Below are positions 9,608 to 17,675 of a DNA stretch of 23,584 bases, piece after piece. Where the stretch lies: contig JAHLWH010000203.1 of assembly GCA_019058015.1 (NCBI GenBank), positions 1-23,584 on the forward strand. The letters are read 5' to 3'. A program made the translations under genes and the position numbers. Position 1 is the stretch's first letter. Each line of letters begins with the position of its first letter. The notes under the pieces are model-generated. The model saw only the letters and a program-made list of their open reading frames with translations. It made no database searches and was not told the origin of the DNA. The DNA comes from Promethearchaeota archaeon. GTDB lineage: Archaea; Asgardarchaeota; Lokiarchaeia; Sigyniarchaeales; SOKP01.

Positions 9608-10462
9608 TTGAATATAATTAAGGATACTGACCATATCCTACTTATGTATGATGGAAAAAGGAAATGGCTGCTAAAAGTTCGACAAGGTGAGAATTTTGGG
9701 ACTCATAAGGGAATAGTCTATTTTGATGATATAATTGGAAAACAATATGGAACTTGTATTTTTACAAAGCCTCAAGGTTTTAAAATGAGAGTTTTTAAGC
9801 CACTGCCAAGTGATTTTATTTTAAAAATGGGGAGAACTACACAAATTCTTTATCCCGAAGATTGTGGATTAATTTTGATGTATACTGGGATTGGTCCTGG
9901 GTCTTTAGTTTTAGAAGCAGGAACAGGCTCTGGAGCTTTAACATGTATCTTAGGTAATTATGTTAAACCTAATGGTCATGTTTATTCGTATGATATAAGA
10001 GAGAAATCATTAAAACAAGCAAGAAATAACGTTCAAAAAGCTCACTTAGAAGATGTTGTATCGATTGAATATGGCGATATTTTAATAGATGTTGACCATC
10101 ATGAACTTGATGCTGTTGTTTTAGATCTTGCAACTCCATGGTTAGCGGTTAAAAAAGTAAAGAGTTTTCTGAGATTAAGCGGTGTTCTATGTTCATTTTC
10201 CCCAACGATTGAGCAAGTCAAAAAAACCGTAGAAGCCTTGGAAGGTAAAGAATTTTATGATATAAACACCTTTGAATTAATTAAAAGGAAAATAATTGTA
10301 AAAGAAAATGCAACCAGACCAACAACAAGAATGGTTGGCCATACTGGATATTTAACATTTGCTCGCAGGATTCAAGATATTGAAAACCCTTATCAAGGAA
10401 AAAAACCAGAAAAAGCAGAAAAGGTCGATTTATCAGATTTATCAGATTTAATAAAATTGTAA
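9608..10462 (+). CDS. trmI: tRNA (adenine-N1)-methyltransferase TrmI/GCD14
   Basis: GTHKGIV, RTTQILYPED, VLEAGTGSGALT SAM motif, VLDLATPW, FSPTIEQV, RMVGHTGYLTFARR; TTG start. Confidence 0.95.
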   Translation: MNIIKDTDHILLMYDGKRKWLLKVRQGENFGTHKGIVYFDDIIGKQYGTCIFTKPQGFKMRVFKPLPSDFILKMGRTTQILYPEDCGLILMYTGIGPGSLVLEAGTGSGALTCILGNYVKPNGHVYSYDIREKSLKQARNNVQKAHLEDVVSIEYGDILIDVDHHELDAVVLDLATPWLAVKKVKSFLRLSGVLCSFSPTIEQVKKTVEALEGKEFYDINTFELIKRKIIVKENATRPTTRMVGHTGYLTFARRIQDIENPYQGKKPEKAEKVDLSDLSDLIKL

Positions 10463-10474
10463 AAGGTTGTAATT

Positions 10475-10813
10475 ATGGAAATAACTTATGAAGAATTTAT
10501 GAAACTAGATCTTCGAATAGGTCTAATTAAAGAATGTGAAAGAATCCCCAAATCGAGAAATTTATTAAAAATGATGGTTGATTGTGGGGAAGACCAACCT
10601 CGTCAAATAGTTGCAGGCATGGCTCAAAATTATGCTCCCGAAGAACTTATAGGGCAAAAAGTAGTGGTGCTCCTGAATTTAAAACCTAGAAAATTAATGG
10701 GTGTTCAATCTAATGGCATGGTGTTAGCGGCAGATGTGGAAGATAAACCATTTCTACTTAAATTAGAGAAAGAAAAAAAAGATTTAGTTCCGCCTGGAAG
10801 TAAAATTAGATGA
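10475..10813 (+). CDS. Stand-alone OB-fold tRNA-binding protein (Trbp111/CsaA/MetRS C-terminal domain family)
   Basis: ITYEEFMKLDLRIG, RQIVAGM, NLKPRKLMGVQSNGMVLAA, PPGSKIR. Confidence 0.92.
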   Translation: MEITYEEFMKLDLRIGLIKECERIPKSRNLLKMMVDCGEDQPRQIVAGMAQNYAPEELIGQKVVVLLNLKPRKLMGVQSNGMVLAADVEDKPFLLKLEKEKKDLVPPGSKIR

Positions 10814-10817
10814 AAAT

Positions 10818-11243
10818 TCAAAATCCTTTCTTTTGAACTCCCATTTTCCATTCTTTCTTTTTTTTAAAGCGTGAAGTTTTAAAATTAAATTTCCCTATTC
10901 CACTTCCTTGAAGCATTTCCTCATATCTTCTTAAAATCTCTTCTAATACTTCTCTTGTATCTCGATTAAATACTTGTTTTGGCTTATTTAATAATCTTAA
11001 AACTTCTTTTTTTTTCGAATCTAATGTAAGGACTAAATTATCTAAAGGAATATGATAAGAGCGCACGAACCAGCCACCTTTCTCATCATGCGCTGTAAGC
11101 TTAAGAATATTTGAAGGCAATTTTTTTATTTTAAAATCAAATAATTTCTTACCTGGTTTGACTAAGATATTCAAATAATAAGGTAGGTCATTCTTGGGAT
11201 TTGTTATTTTACTTAAAAATTCCTTGAGTTTATCTTCGCTCAA
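10818..11243 (-). CDS. Hypothetical basic protein (141 aa)
   Basis: TTG-started ORF filling the gap, convergent with the Trbp111-like gene; no motif recognised. Confidence 0.7.
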   Translation of the reverse strand: MSEDKLKEFLSKITNPKNDLPYYLNILVKPGKKLFDFKIKKLPSNILKLTAHDEKGGWFVRSYHIPLDNLVLTLDSKKKEVLRLLNKPKQVFNRDTREVLEEILRRYEEMLQGSGIGKFNFKTSRFKKKKEWKMGVQKKGF

Positions 11244-11346
11244 AATCCAATCAAAATTAATTTTATTAAATATGCTTATTGATTAAGTTAATATTACAAA
11301 CTAATTAAATTAATATTATAAATAAATTCAATAGGTGTATGTTTAA

Positions 11347-11769
11347 ATGACTGTTCAAACTAAAACATTCTCAATTCGAACAAAAAGCTATTGTGATGTA
11401 GTTAATATTACGGAACAAGTTAGTAGCGCTGTAAAAGAAAGCTCTATAGAAAATGGGATCGTAAATATTCATGTCGCTGGCTCTACTGGAGCAATCTCAA
11501 CTGTAGAATATGAACCCGGATTAGTCAAACATGATATAGAGGAATTTTTAGAAAGGATTATTCCATATGATCAGAACTATAAACATCATAATACTTGGGG
11601 TGATCATAACGGAGCAGGGCATTTGAGAAGTTTCCTCTTAAAAACTTCGATCACGGTTCCAATTAACAATAGAAGACTACTATTGGGCACGTGGCAGCAA
11701 CTAGTTTTTGTAGAATGTGATGAGCACGCCCGCAATCGCGATATTTTTTGTACATTAATTGGGGAATAA
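11347..11769 (+). CDS. yjbQ: YjbQ/UPF0047 family protein (secondary thiamine-phosphate synthase enzyme)
   Basis: GSTGAISTVEYEPGL, HNGAGHLRS, LLLGTWQQLVFVECD. Confidence 0.92.
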   Translation: MTVQTKTFSIRTKSYCDVVNITEQVSSAVKESSIENGIVNIHVAGSTGAISTVEYEPGLVKHDIEEFLERIIPYDQNYKHHNTWGDHNGAGHLRSFLLKTSITVPINNRRLLLGTWQQLVFVECDEHARNRDIFCTLIGE

Positions 11770-11945
11770 TCAATTTCCTCTATGAATTTTTGATATTGGT
11801 CAGAATACAAAAAATTTTATATTTGTCAGAATTGTTAAAAAAGTAATTTTTATTTTCCATATGTTTAAATTGATATTTTTTTATTTAGATCTAAAATTTC
11901 TTTTTTTTTTGTTTCATTTTTAAAGTAATTGAAAAAGAAAATGAA

Positions 11946-12161
11946 TTAATTAAGTTTTTCAATCATTTTTTCTAATTCTGCCATAACTAACCTAAAATCA
12001 CTTCGACGCCTGATTAATTCCAGATTTTCTCCTATCTCTTGTACAGATTTTTTCATTCTTTCTAATTGACTTTTGTAAGATGTGTCTTTATTCAAAACAT
12101 TTTTCATTGAAAAAATTTGATATTGTAGTGATTCTAAAAAGCTATTTATAGAATAACTCAC
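11946..12161 (-). CDS. Small helical hypothetical protein (71 aa)
   Basis: GTG start preceded by an AGGTGG Shine-Dalgarno-like site; amphipathic helical composition. Confidence 0.6.
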   Translation of the reverse strand: MSYSINSFLESLQYQIFSMKNVLNKDTSYKSQLERMKKSVQEIGENLELIRRRSDFRLVMAELEKMIEKLN

Positions 12162-12337
12162 CCATAACCACCTTTTATTTTTTTTTTTACTTATTATATT
12201 TTGAGTTATAGAAAACTTCTCAACTCTTTATATAAAAGAACAAAATATTTGGATGTCTTGTACATAATACGTTGTGTTATTTGGATATTACGATATAAAT
12301 AGAAAATTAAAAATAATATGGAAAAAACAAATTATTT

Positions 12338-12685
12338 ATGAATGAAATTGAGGAGTTATTTAATTCCTGGAAAGATCTTAATATAAAAGTAGGAGCGAAA
12401 TTAGGGTCGTTCGAAATGACTGAGGTAAAAAAGCTTAGAATGGAACAAAGCAAGACTGAAGATGCAGTTTATGAGATATTAAAAGAGAAGGCTACTCCAG
12501 AGGTTGCAAAAATATTACCAGAAAAATGTGGGGATATGGAAATCGGCATTAATATTAGAGATAAAGAGTTTTATTTTGTTATGGAAGACCAAGACCCCGA
12601 GAGTGAAAAGCTAATGGCGATTGTTTTTGGAATTGATGAAAATATTAAAATTGTTAATGACTTTAATGTAGATGAATATGATTAA
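12338..12685 (+). CDS. Acidic hypothetical protein (115 aa)
   Basis: Clean ATG ORF co-oriented with and upstream of the GTPase; no motif recognised. Confidence 0.75.
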   Translation: MNEIEELFNSWKDLNIKVGAKLGSFEMTEVKKLRMEQSKTEDAVYEILKEKATPEVAKILPEKCGDMEIGINIRDKEFYFVMEDQDPESEKLMAIVFGIDENIKIVNDFNVDEYD

Positions 12686-12774
12686 GAGAAGTATTATTTA
12701 AAATGATAATAATATAAAGCAATTTTTTTATATATGATTTAAATCTATATTATTATTTTTAAAGGTAAAATATT

Positions 12775-13710
12775 TTGAGTGAAAGCAAAGATAATTTTGT
12801 TAAAATCATTTTTTCAGGCTTGGACAATGCGGGTAAGACGAGTGTGCTCACTGCTTTAGAGAAAAAATATAATTTTGAGAAGGAAATTTCGGAATTAAAA
12901 CCAACAATTAGAGTAAATTATCAGAGCACAAAATTTTTAGGAAATGACGTAAAATTTTGGGATATGGGTGGTCAGAGTCAGTATCGTGAGCTATATAAAG
13001 CGAAAGCAGAATTCTATTTTGCAGATACTGATTTATTGGTTTATTTAATAGATATTCAGGATAAACCAAGACTCCCCCAATCACTAGAATATTTAGGTGA
13101 GATTCTAGAATTTTTTTCAGATAATGATATGGACGTTCCTGTAATTGTAACCTTTCATAAATTTGATCCCGATTTGAGAATTGATGATAAATTAATAAAT
13201 TGGGTTATGAAATTAAAACAAAAGATTGCAGATGATTTTCCTGATTTAAAGATTTTATTCCAACAAACATCTATTTATGATATCATATCAATAGTGCAAT
13301 TGGTTTCATATGGACTCTCTCTGTTTGACGAGAAGTTTTTTGAGCTATCAGAGTTATTAGAAAAATATATAGGGATTTTAAATTGTTTATCGCTTATTCT
13401 TTTTGATAAAAATGGAATAATTATAAGTGAATTTTATAGTGATAATATCAATTCAGATACGTATATTGAGTTTTTAGAAGATATTAGAGAACATCTCTTT
13501 TTATTGAAGAGAATGGAAGAGGAAAACACTTTAATGAACGATCTTACAGATATGGAGGGGAATATTATTTCCTATTTATATAGAATTGAAGTAGGGAATG
13601 AGAATTTTTTCATTTCAAGTCTTTTTGATAGAGATTCAAAAGATAAGTTTGAAGGAGAATTTGTAAATTTAAAGGATGCAACTATTGCAATTTTAAAAGA
13701 GATTATATAA
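12775..13710 (+). CDS. Small GTPase of Rag/Gtr-like architecture (G domain plus C-terminal roadblock/longin-like domain)
   Basis: G1 GLDNAGKTS, G2 KPT, G3 WDMGGQ, G4 HKFD, G5 QTSIYD; C-terminal ~125 aa with LSELLEKY...LILFDKNGIIISE. TTG start. Confidence 0.88.
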   Translation: MSESKDNFVKIIFSGLDNAGKTSVLTALEKKYNFEKEISELKPTIRVNYQSTKFLGNDVKFWDMGGQSQYRELYKAKAEFYFADTDLLVYLIDIQDKPRLPQSLEYLGEILEFFSDNDMDVPVIVTFHKFDPDLRIDDKLINWVMKLKQKIADDFPDLKILFQQTSIYDIISIVQLVSYGLSLFDEKFFELSELLEKYIGILNCLSLILFDKNGIIISEFYSDNINSDTYIEFLEDIREHLFLLKRMEEENTLMNDLTDMEGNIISYLYRIEVGNENFFISSLFDRDSKDKFEGEFVNLKDATIAILKEII

Positions 13711-13718
13711 TTAATTAT

Positions 13719-13802
13719 TTATTCTATATTTAAAAGCATTCTCGCTCTGTCAATTAATTTTTCTTTCTTTTTCCTATGATCCTCAATAAAGTCTAAAAAT
13801 TC
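13719..13802 (-). pseudogene. Displaced duplicate of the trpS 3' end
   Basis: Minus strand reads EFLDFIEDHRKKKEKLIDRARMLLNIE*, versus ...VLKFIEDHRKKKEKLIDTAREILNIV* in intact trpS. No start codon; in-frame stop at 13803-13805. Confidence 0.92.
13750..13790. repeat. 41-bp perfect direct repeat, copy 1 (putative att core)
   Basis: TCAATTAATTTTTCTTTCTTTTTCCTATGATCCTCAATAAA, identical to 16315-16355. Confidence 0.95.
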
Positions 13803-13948
13803 TTATATTGCACTACACCGTTATATCTTCCTAAAAAATTTAAAGAAAACTATAAAGAAATCGATTTTAATTATGATTATCTTGATTTTACTCTAATTTG
13901 TTTTTCAGGTGGAAGTAGTTCAATAAAACGAGAAAATTGAGTAATACG

Positions 13949-14209
13949 TTATTTTTCTAACTTTTCTTTGACTTTATCCAATAATTCAAAGTAGAGTTTC
14001 TTAAAAAGGGCTAATTCTCGCTCGAGCTCTTGAATTTTATCATTTTTTACTTTACTCGAAAATATATGTTTTTTGAGCTTGTTCAAGGTCGTATTTGACA
14101 TTCCATTTCCAAAGTTAGCCTTCAGTCTTTCTTGAATTGTTAGATATGGAATACCTTCTTTTAACAGCGATTTTGCATAATCAATTTTTTTTTGACTCGA
14201 TTTACCCAT
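13949..14209 (-). CDS. Small basic protein, possible helix-turn-helix plus C-terminal coiled coil (86 aa)
   Basis: AKSLLKEGIPYLTIQERLKANFGNGMSNTTLNKLKK resembles an HTH unit; KIQELERELALFKKLYFELL is zipper-like. Starts 7 bp after the previous stop. Confidence 0.7.
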   Translation of the reverse strand: MGKSSQKKIDYAKSLLKEGIPYLTIQERLKANFGNGMSNTTLNKLKKHIFSSKVKNDKIQELERELALFKKLYFELLDKVKEKLEK

Positions 14210-14216
14210 ATTTCAT

Positions 14217-14555
14217 TCATCTCAAACTTTTTTCCTCTAATTGCTCAAGAATTTTAATGTGATCGTTGAGTAATTGTTCTTTTTTGATTTTTTCATGATT
14301 CTTTTTAATCTTAGCAAATATCCTACTCAGTTGAATTCCGAATAAAAAAGTGAAAGTCAGAAGACCCCCAACAAATAGAAGTGTGGGGATTAAAGGCCAT
14401 ATGTGAAATTTAATGTTTCTTGCGTGAATCGTGATAAAAGGAGCCGTTGCACTTGTGTATCTCAGCCAAATTCCCAATAAACAAAAGAAAAGTATAAGAA
14501 GTATAAGTATGCACCATATGTTCTTTTGAATTGTGATCATTTTAGTATCATTCAT
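14217..14555 (-). CDS. 2-TM membrane protein with charged C-terminal tail (112 aa)
   Basis: Two hydrophobic helices; ATG at 14555 overlaps the upstream stop (ATGAATGA), preferred over 14576. Confidence 0.7.
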   Translation of the reverse strand: MNDTKMITIQKNIWCILILLILFFCLLGIWLRYTSATAPFITIHARNIKFHIWPLIPTLLFVGGLLTFTFLFGIQLSRIFAKIKKNHEKIKKEQLLNDHIKILEQLEEKSLR

Positions 14556-16062
14556 GAGAAATTTCCGCCTGCTCATCTAATTGCCGTAGAACACCCTCAT
14601 ATTCGCTCATTAATTGTTTTTTTTGAATTTTTTTATCAATTTTTTTCTTATTGTAATAAATTAATATGGTGGAGATAATTATTATCAACACTGTATAACA
14701 GATGATACTGTTCACCAATGGAAATATAAAATACCAAAAAATAGGTACGTATAAGAGATAAGATTCACTCACAGATGTAATGATAATTTCTATAGGTATC
14801 AATATAAGAAGTATCCATAATTCGATTTTTCGTATTTTAACGACACTAATTTCCTCCATGAACATAAGAATAATTGCAATTATTAGATATAGGGAGGAAA
14901 AAATTGAAAAATCAAAGTTACCAGTTAAAAGGATTAATAAAATCCCGCATATGCAAATTATTAAAATCATATGTTTTTGAATTTGAAATTTTGTTGGAAA
15001 TATTTCCTTTATCCCTTTTCCTATTCCGATTACAATAAATATTATCCCTAAAAGTAATATAGGTTCTAATATAAATTTATTTTGAATAAAACCAAATGAT
15101 ATATTAGGAGATTCAAGATCAATAATTTGTAATAAATCATCTCCTGTCACATAGGCAAAATTCCCAGAAATATAAACGCTCTCTATGAACCCTCCATCTT
15201 TTATCTGGCTTAACTTTATTGGATTGTTCGGGTCGCTCACATTAATTAAGGTAAGACCGTCCCAGTCGGTCGCAATATAAGCAATATCTCTATATACATA
15301 AACATCCCAGGCAATATCTTCCTTTAAGTGCCATAATTCTATGGGATTACTTGGGTTTGATACATTAATCGCCCTTAATCCTTCATAAGCCTCCGCAATA
15401 TAAGCTATATTCCCAGAAATAAACATATTTTGTCCAATATGTTGTGGAGTTTGGTCATCCATAAAAGAGCCTAGTAAAGTTAGATTGGTTGGGTCGTTTA
15501 CATCAATCAATCTTATTAACTCTCTACCTCCAACTAAATAGGCGATATTTTCAGAAATAAACACATCTTTTATCCATCCATCATCATCAAATGTACCCAA
15601 GATCGTTGGTGAATTAGGATCATTGATATCATAGATTTCTAATCCCATTTCCTGGCCACAACCCCTCGCTGCATAGAGGATATTTTCAGAGACAAATGAA
15701 CACTCAATAAAATCAATATTCGCCAATTCTATTGGTTGACTTGGATTAGTGATATCGAGAATATGGAGCATACAATCTCCCCCAGTAACGTAAGCAATCT
15801 TTTCAGACACATATACTTTTTGCGCATTCATTATTGGATAATTACCTACTATTCTTGGAAAAATCGGGTTTGAAACATCGATGATTTGTAGTCCATTATT
15901 GGCATCGGCCACATAAGCAAAATCTTTGGATACATATATGTCCCATGAGCTTGAATGACCGACAATCTTTCCCACTGTTGAAGATGATAGTTTATTAGCC
16001 ACAATAATTGAAATGCAAATTATTCCAGCAATTATCACAATTTTTATTGATTTTGAGACCAT
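14548..16062 (-). CDS. LVIVD-repeat (7-blade beta-propeller) membrane protein
   Basis: N-terminal signal/anchor helix, then seven repeats of the type V-S-x-x-x-AYV...GL-x-IID-V-S-N-P-x-x-P, then about 5 TM helices and a charged tail. GGAGG SD at 16079-16075. Confidence 0.9.
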   Translation of the reverse strand: MVSKSIKIVIIAGIICISIIVANKLSSSTVGKIVGHSSSWDIYVSKDFAYVADANNGLQIIDVSNPIFPRIVGNYPIMNAQKVYVSEKIAYVTGGDCMLHILDITNPSQPIELANIDFIECSFVSENILYAARGCGQEMGLEIYDINDPNSPTILGTFDDDGWIKDVFISENIAYLVGGRELIRLIDVNDPTNLTLLGSFMDDQTPQHIGQNMFISGNIAYIAEAYEGLRAINVSNPSNPIELWHLKEDIAWDVYVYRDIAYIATDWDGLTLINVSDPNNPIKLSQIKDGGFIESVYISGNFAYVTGDDLLQIIDLESPNISFGFIQNKFILEPILLLGIIFIVIGIGKGIKEIFPTKFQIQKHMILIICICGILLILLTGNFDFSIFSSLYLIIAIILMFMEEISVVKIRKIELWILLILIPIEIIITSVSESYLLYVPIFWYFIFPLVNSIICYTVLIIIISTILIYYNKKKIDKKIQKKQLMSEYEGVLRQLDEQAEISHE

Positions 16063-16112
16063 ATTTAAAATTATCCTCCAAATAATAAAATAATTAATCG
16101 ACTATAAAAATG

Positions 16113-16211
16113 TTATCATAAATTATCATTATTACATTAAAAAAAAATATTAATTCTAATTTTTATGACCTAAGGGTGATAAATGGAGATAGAATTATCA
16201 TAAATTATCAT
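16113..16211. promoter_or_regulatory. Paired tandem TTATCAT motifs (putative protein-binding sites)
   Basis: TTATCATAAATTATCAT occurs at 16113-16129 and 16195-16211, with an inverted GTGATAA between them (16176-16182). Confidence 0.5.
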
Positions 16212-16283
16212 AAAAAATTAACAAAAAAATATTTAAGAAAATGAAACGTATACAAAATCTCCATTAGTATAATCTATTAATTT

Positions 16284-17384
16284 TTAAACTATATTCAGAA
16301 TTTCTCGAGCTGTATCAATTAATTTTTCTTTCTTTTTCCTATGATCCTCAATAAATTTCAAAACCTTCTCAACGCATTGTTTCTTATGATCTCCACACAT
16401 TAATGTGCCTGAAACGCATCTTTTATAGATTTCTTCTAATTTTCCATCATCTTTTTCAAAATGATACATTTCAATTTTATAGATCATACAAATGTCAGGT
16501 TGACCACCTAATTGTTCTTGCTCCTTTTTATCTTTGCGTCCACCAGTAAAAGCACCTTTTATTTTCTTTTCAATAGATTCTAGCGATTCGTTGAAATCAA
16601 AATAGCTATTCGGATTTCTCTTAGCCATTTTTTCAGAGCCATCAAGCCCTTGAAGTAATTTGTGATATGTTGCTCCTGGCACAAAAAAGTTTTTATAATA
16701 ACGTCGTGTTAAATCTCTGGTTAATCTAAGATGAGGATCTTGATCAATTCCGACGGGAACAATTGTAGGTTGCGGTCCATCTAATACTTGCGGTAAAACA
16801 ATATCACCAACTTGAATCAACGCCGCTAAATATAATCCAAAAGGTTTTTCTCCATAGATAGCATTCACCATATTTTGTGTTACTAATCTTCCTACTTTAA
16901 ATGCTACGTCCTTTACTATTCTTTCTTCAGATTGGCGCCAAATATAGGTTTTTTTTGGGTCAGGATCCAAACCTAATGCTAATATATCAGCTATATTATC
17001 AACGGCATCCGGTTCAGCGTCTTTATAAGAAATTCCATTATCTTCATAAGATTCTATATCCGCTACACAATAATACGCATGGGCGCCCATTTTTTGGAAT
17101 TCCACAATCTCTAATGCTGTTGTGAGCGTACCCAAGTGAAAGGGGCCGCTAGGTTTTATTCCTGACATAACTGCCCAAGGTTTTTTATTATCTATAGCTT
17201 TAAATATTGCATCCAAATCACGATGTCCAAAAATTATTTTTCTCCTAAAAAACCGATTTGTGCTCATTTTTTCCTTATCCGTAAAACTAACTTCTTGAAT
17301 ACCAAATTCTTTAATTAATCTCTCGTAGTCTTCATCATAAAGAACGGATGACCCCCATGGATCAATTCTGAAATCATCAGGCAA
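16284..17384 (-). CDS. trpS: Tryptophanyl-tRNA synthetase (archaeal/eukaryotic type)
   Basis: IDPWGS, FRRKIIFGHRD, SGIKPSGPFHLG (HIGH), VPVGIDQDPH, KMAK (KMSKS equivalent), AFTGGR, GG-x-PDIC, CVSGTLMCGDHK. TTG start. Confidence 0.96.
   Translation of the reverse strand: MPDDFRIDPWGSSVLYDEDYERLIKEFGIQEVSFTDKEKMSTNRFFRRKIIFGHRDLDAIFKAIDNKKPWAVMSGIKPSGPFHLGTLTTALEIVEFQKMGAHAYYCVADIESYEDNGISYKDAEPDAVDNIADILALGLDPDPKKTYIWRQSEERIVKDVAFKVGRLVTQNMVNAIYGEKPFGLYLAALIQVGDIVLPQVLDGPQPTIVPVGIDQDPHLRLTRDLTRRYYKNFFVPGATYHKLLQGLDGSEKMAKRNPNSYFDFNESLESIEKKIKGAFTGGRKDKKEQEQLGGQPDICMIYKIEMYHFEKDDGKLEEIYKRCVSGTLMCGDHKKQCVEKVLKFIEDHRKKKEKLIDTAREILNIV
16315..16355. repeat. 41-bp perfect direct repeat, copy 2 (inside trpS 3' end)
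   Basis: Identical to 13750-13790; encodes FIEDHRKKKEKLI(D) on the minus strand. Confidence 0.95.
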
Positions 17385-17519
17385 TTTTTTTCAAGCTTTT
17401 CATTTATATGTTTTTTAAAATCTGAACAATTGATTTATAGAAGATAATAAAAAATAAAAAAATTGTTTTTAAATGTTTTGTTCTCGATTTTTTTAAAATT
17501 TTTATTTATTTGAGAGGAA

Positions 17520-17675
17520 TTAAATTACTTTTCTAACCAACTCAGAAATATCAAGAGCTTTAATTTCATTATTTTTAATATTTGTTTTAAATTGGTTTAA
17601 ACAGAAAGGACAACATGAAACAATCGCCTCAGCTGCAGTTTTTTTTGCTTCTTCAATTCGTTCATTTGCTATTAT
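17520..17675 (-). pseudogene. Orphan C-terminal fragment of a CCG-domain Fe-S oxidoreductase (HdrD/GlpC-like)
   Basis: Not in the ORF track. Translates IIANERIEEAKKTAAEAIVSCCPFCLNQFKTNIKNNEIKALDISELVRKVI*, matching the R-x-x-E-A-x-x-T-G-A-x-x-x-V-x-x-C-P-F-C...D-I-x-E-L end of CCG domains. In-frame TGA at 17676-17678 precedes it. Confidence 0.8.

Larger units (their letters stand above)
13750..16355. mobile_element. Putative integrated mini-island at the trpS 3' end (no integrase inside)
   Basis: Flanked by the 41-bp direct repeats 2,565 bp apart. Removing it would leave trpS ending 8 bp from the convergent GTPase stop. Cargo is three accessory genes. Confidence 0.75.

Noticed and set aside
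15100-15945. Periodic sequence in the LVIVD gene as a CRISPR array or DNA tandem repeat
   Set aside because: Repeats are degenerate at the DNA level and conserved only as protein blades in one open frame.
13719-16355. trpS tail duplication as a diversity-generating retroelement TR/VR pair
   Set aside because: Mismatches are not confined to adenines (C/T, G/C, G/T occur), several are synonymous, and no reverse transcriptase is present in the window.
6122-17384. Frequent TTG starts (esterase, glyA, trmI, 11243 ORF, GTPase, trpS) as a special translation signal
   Set aside because: Non-ATG starts are common in AT-rich archaea and no shared upstream element was found.
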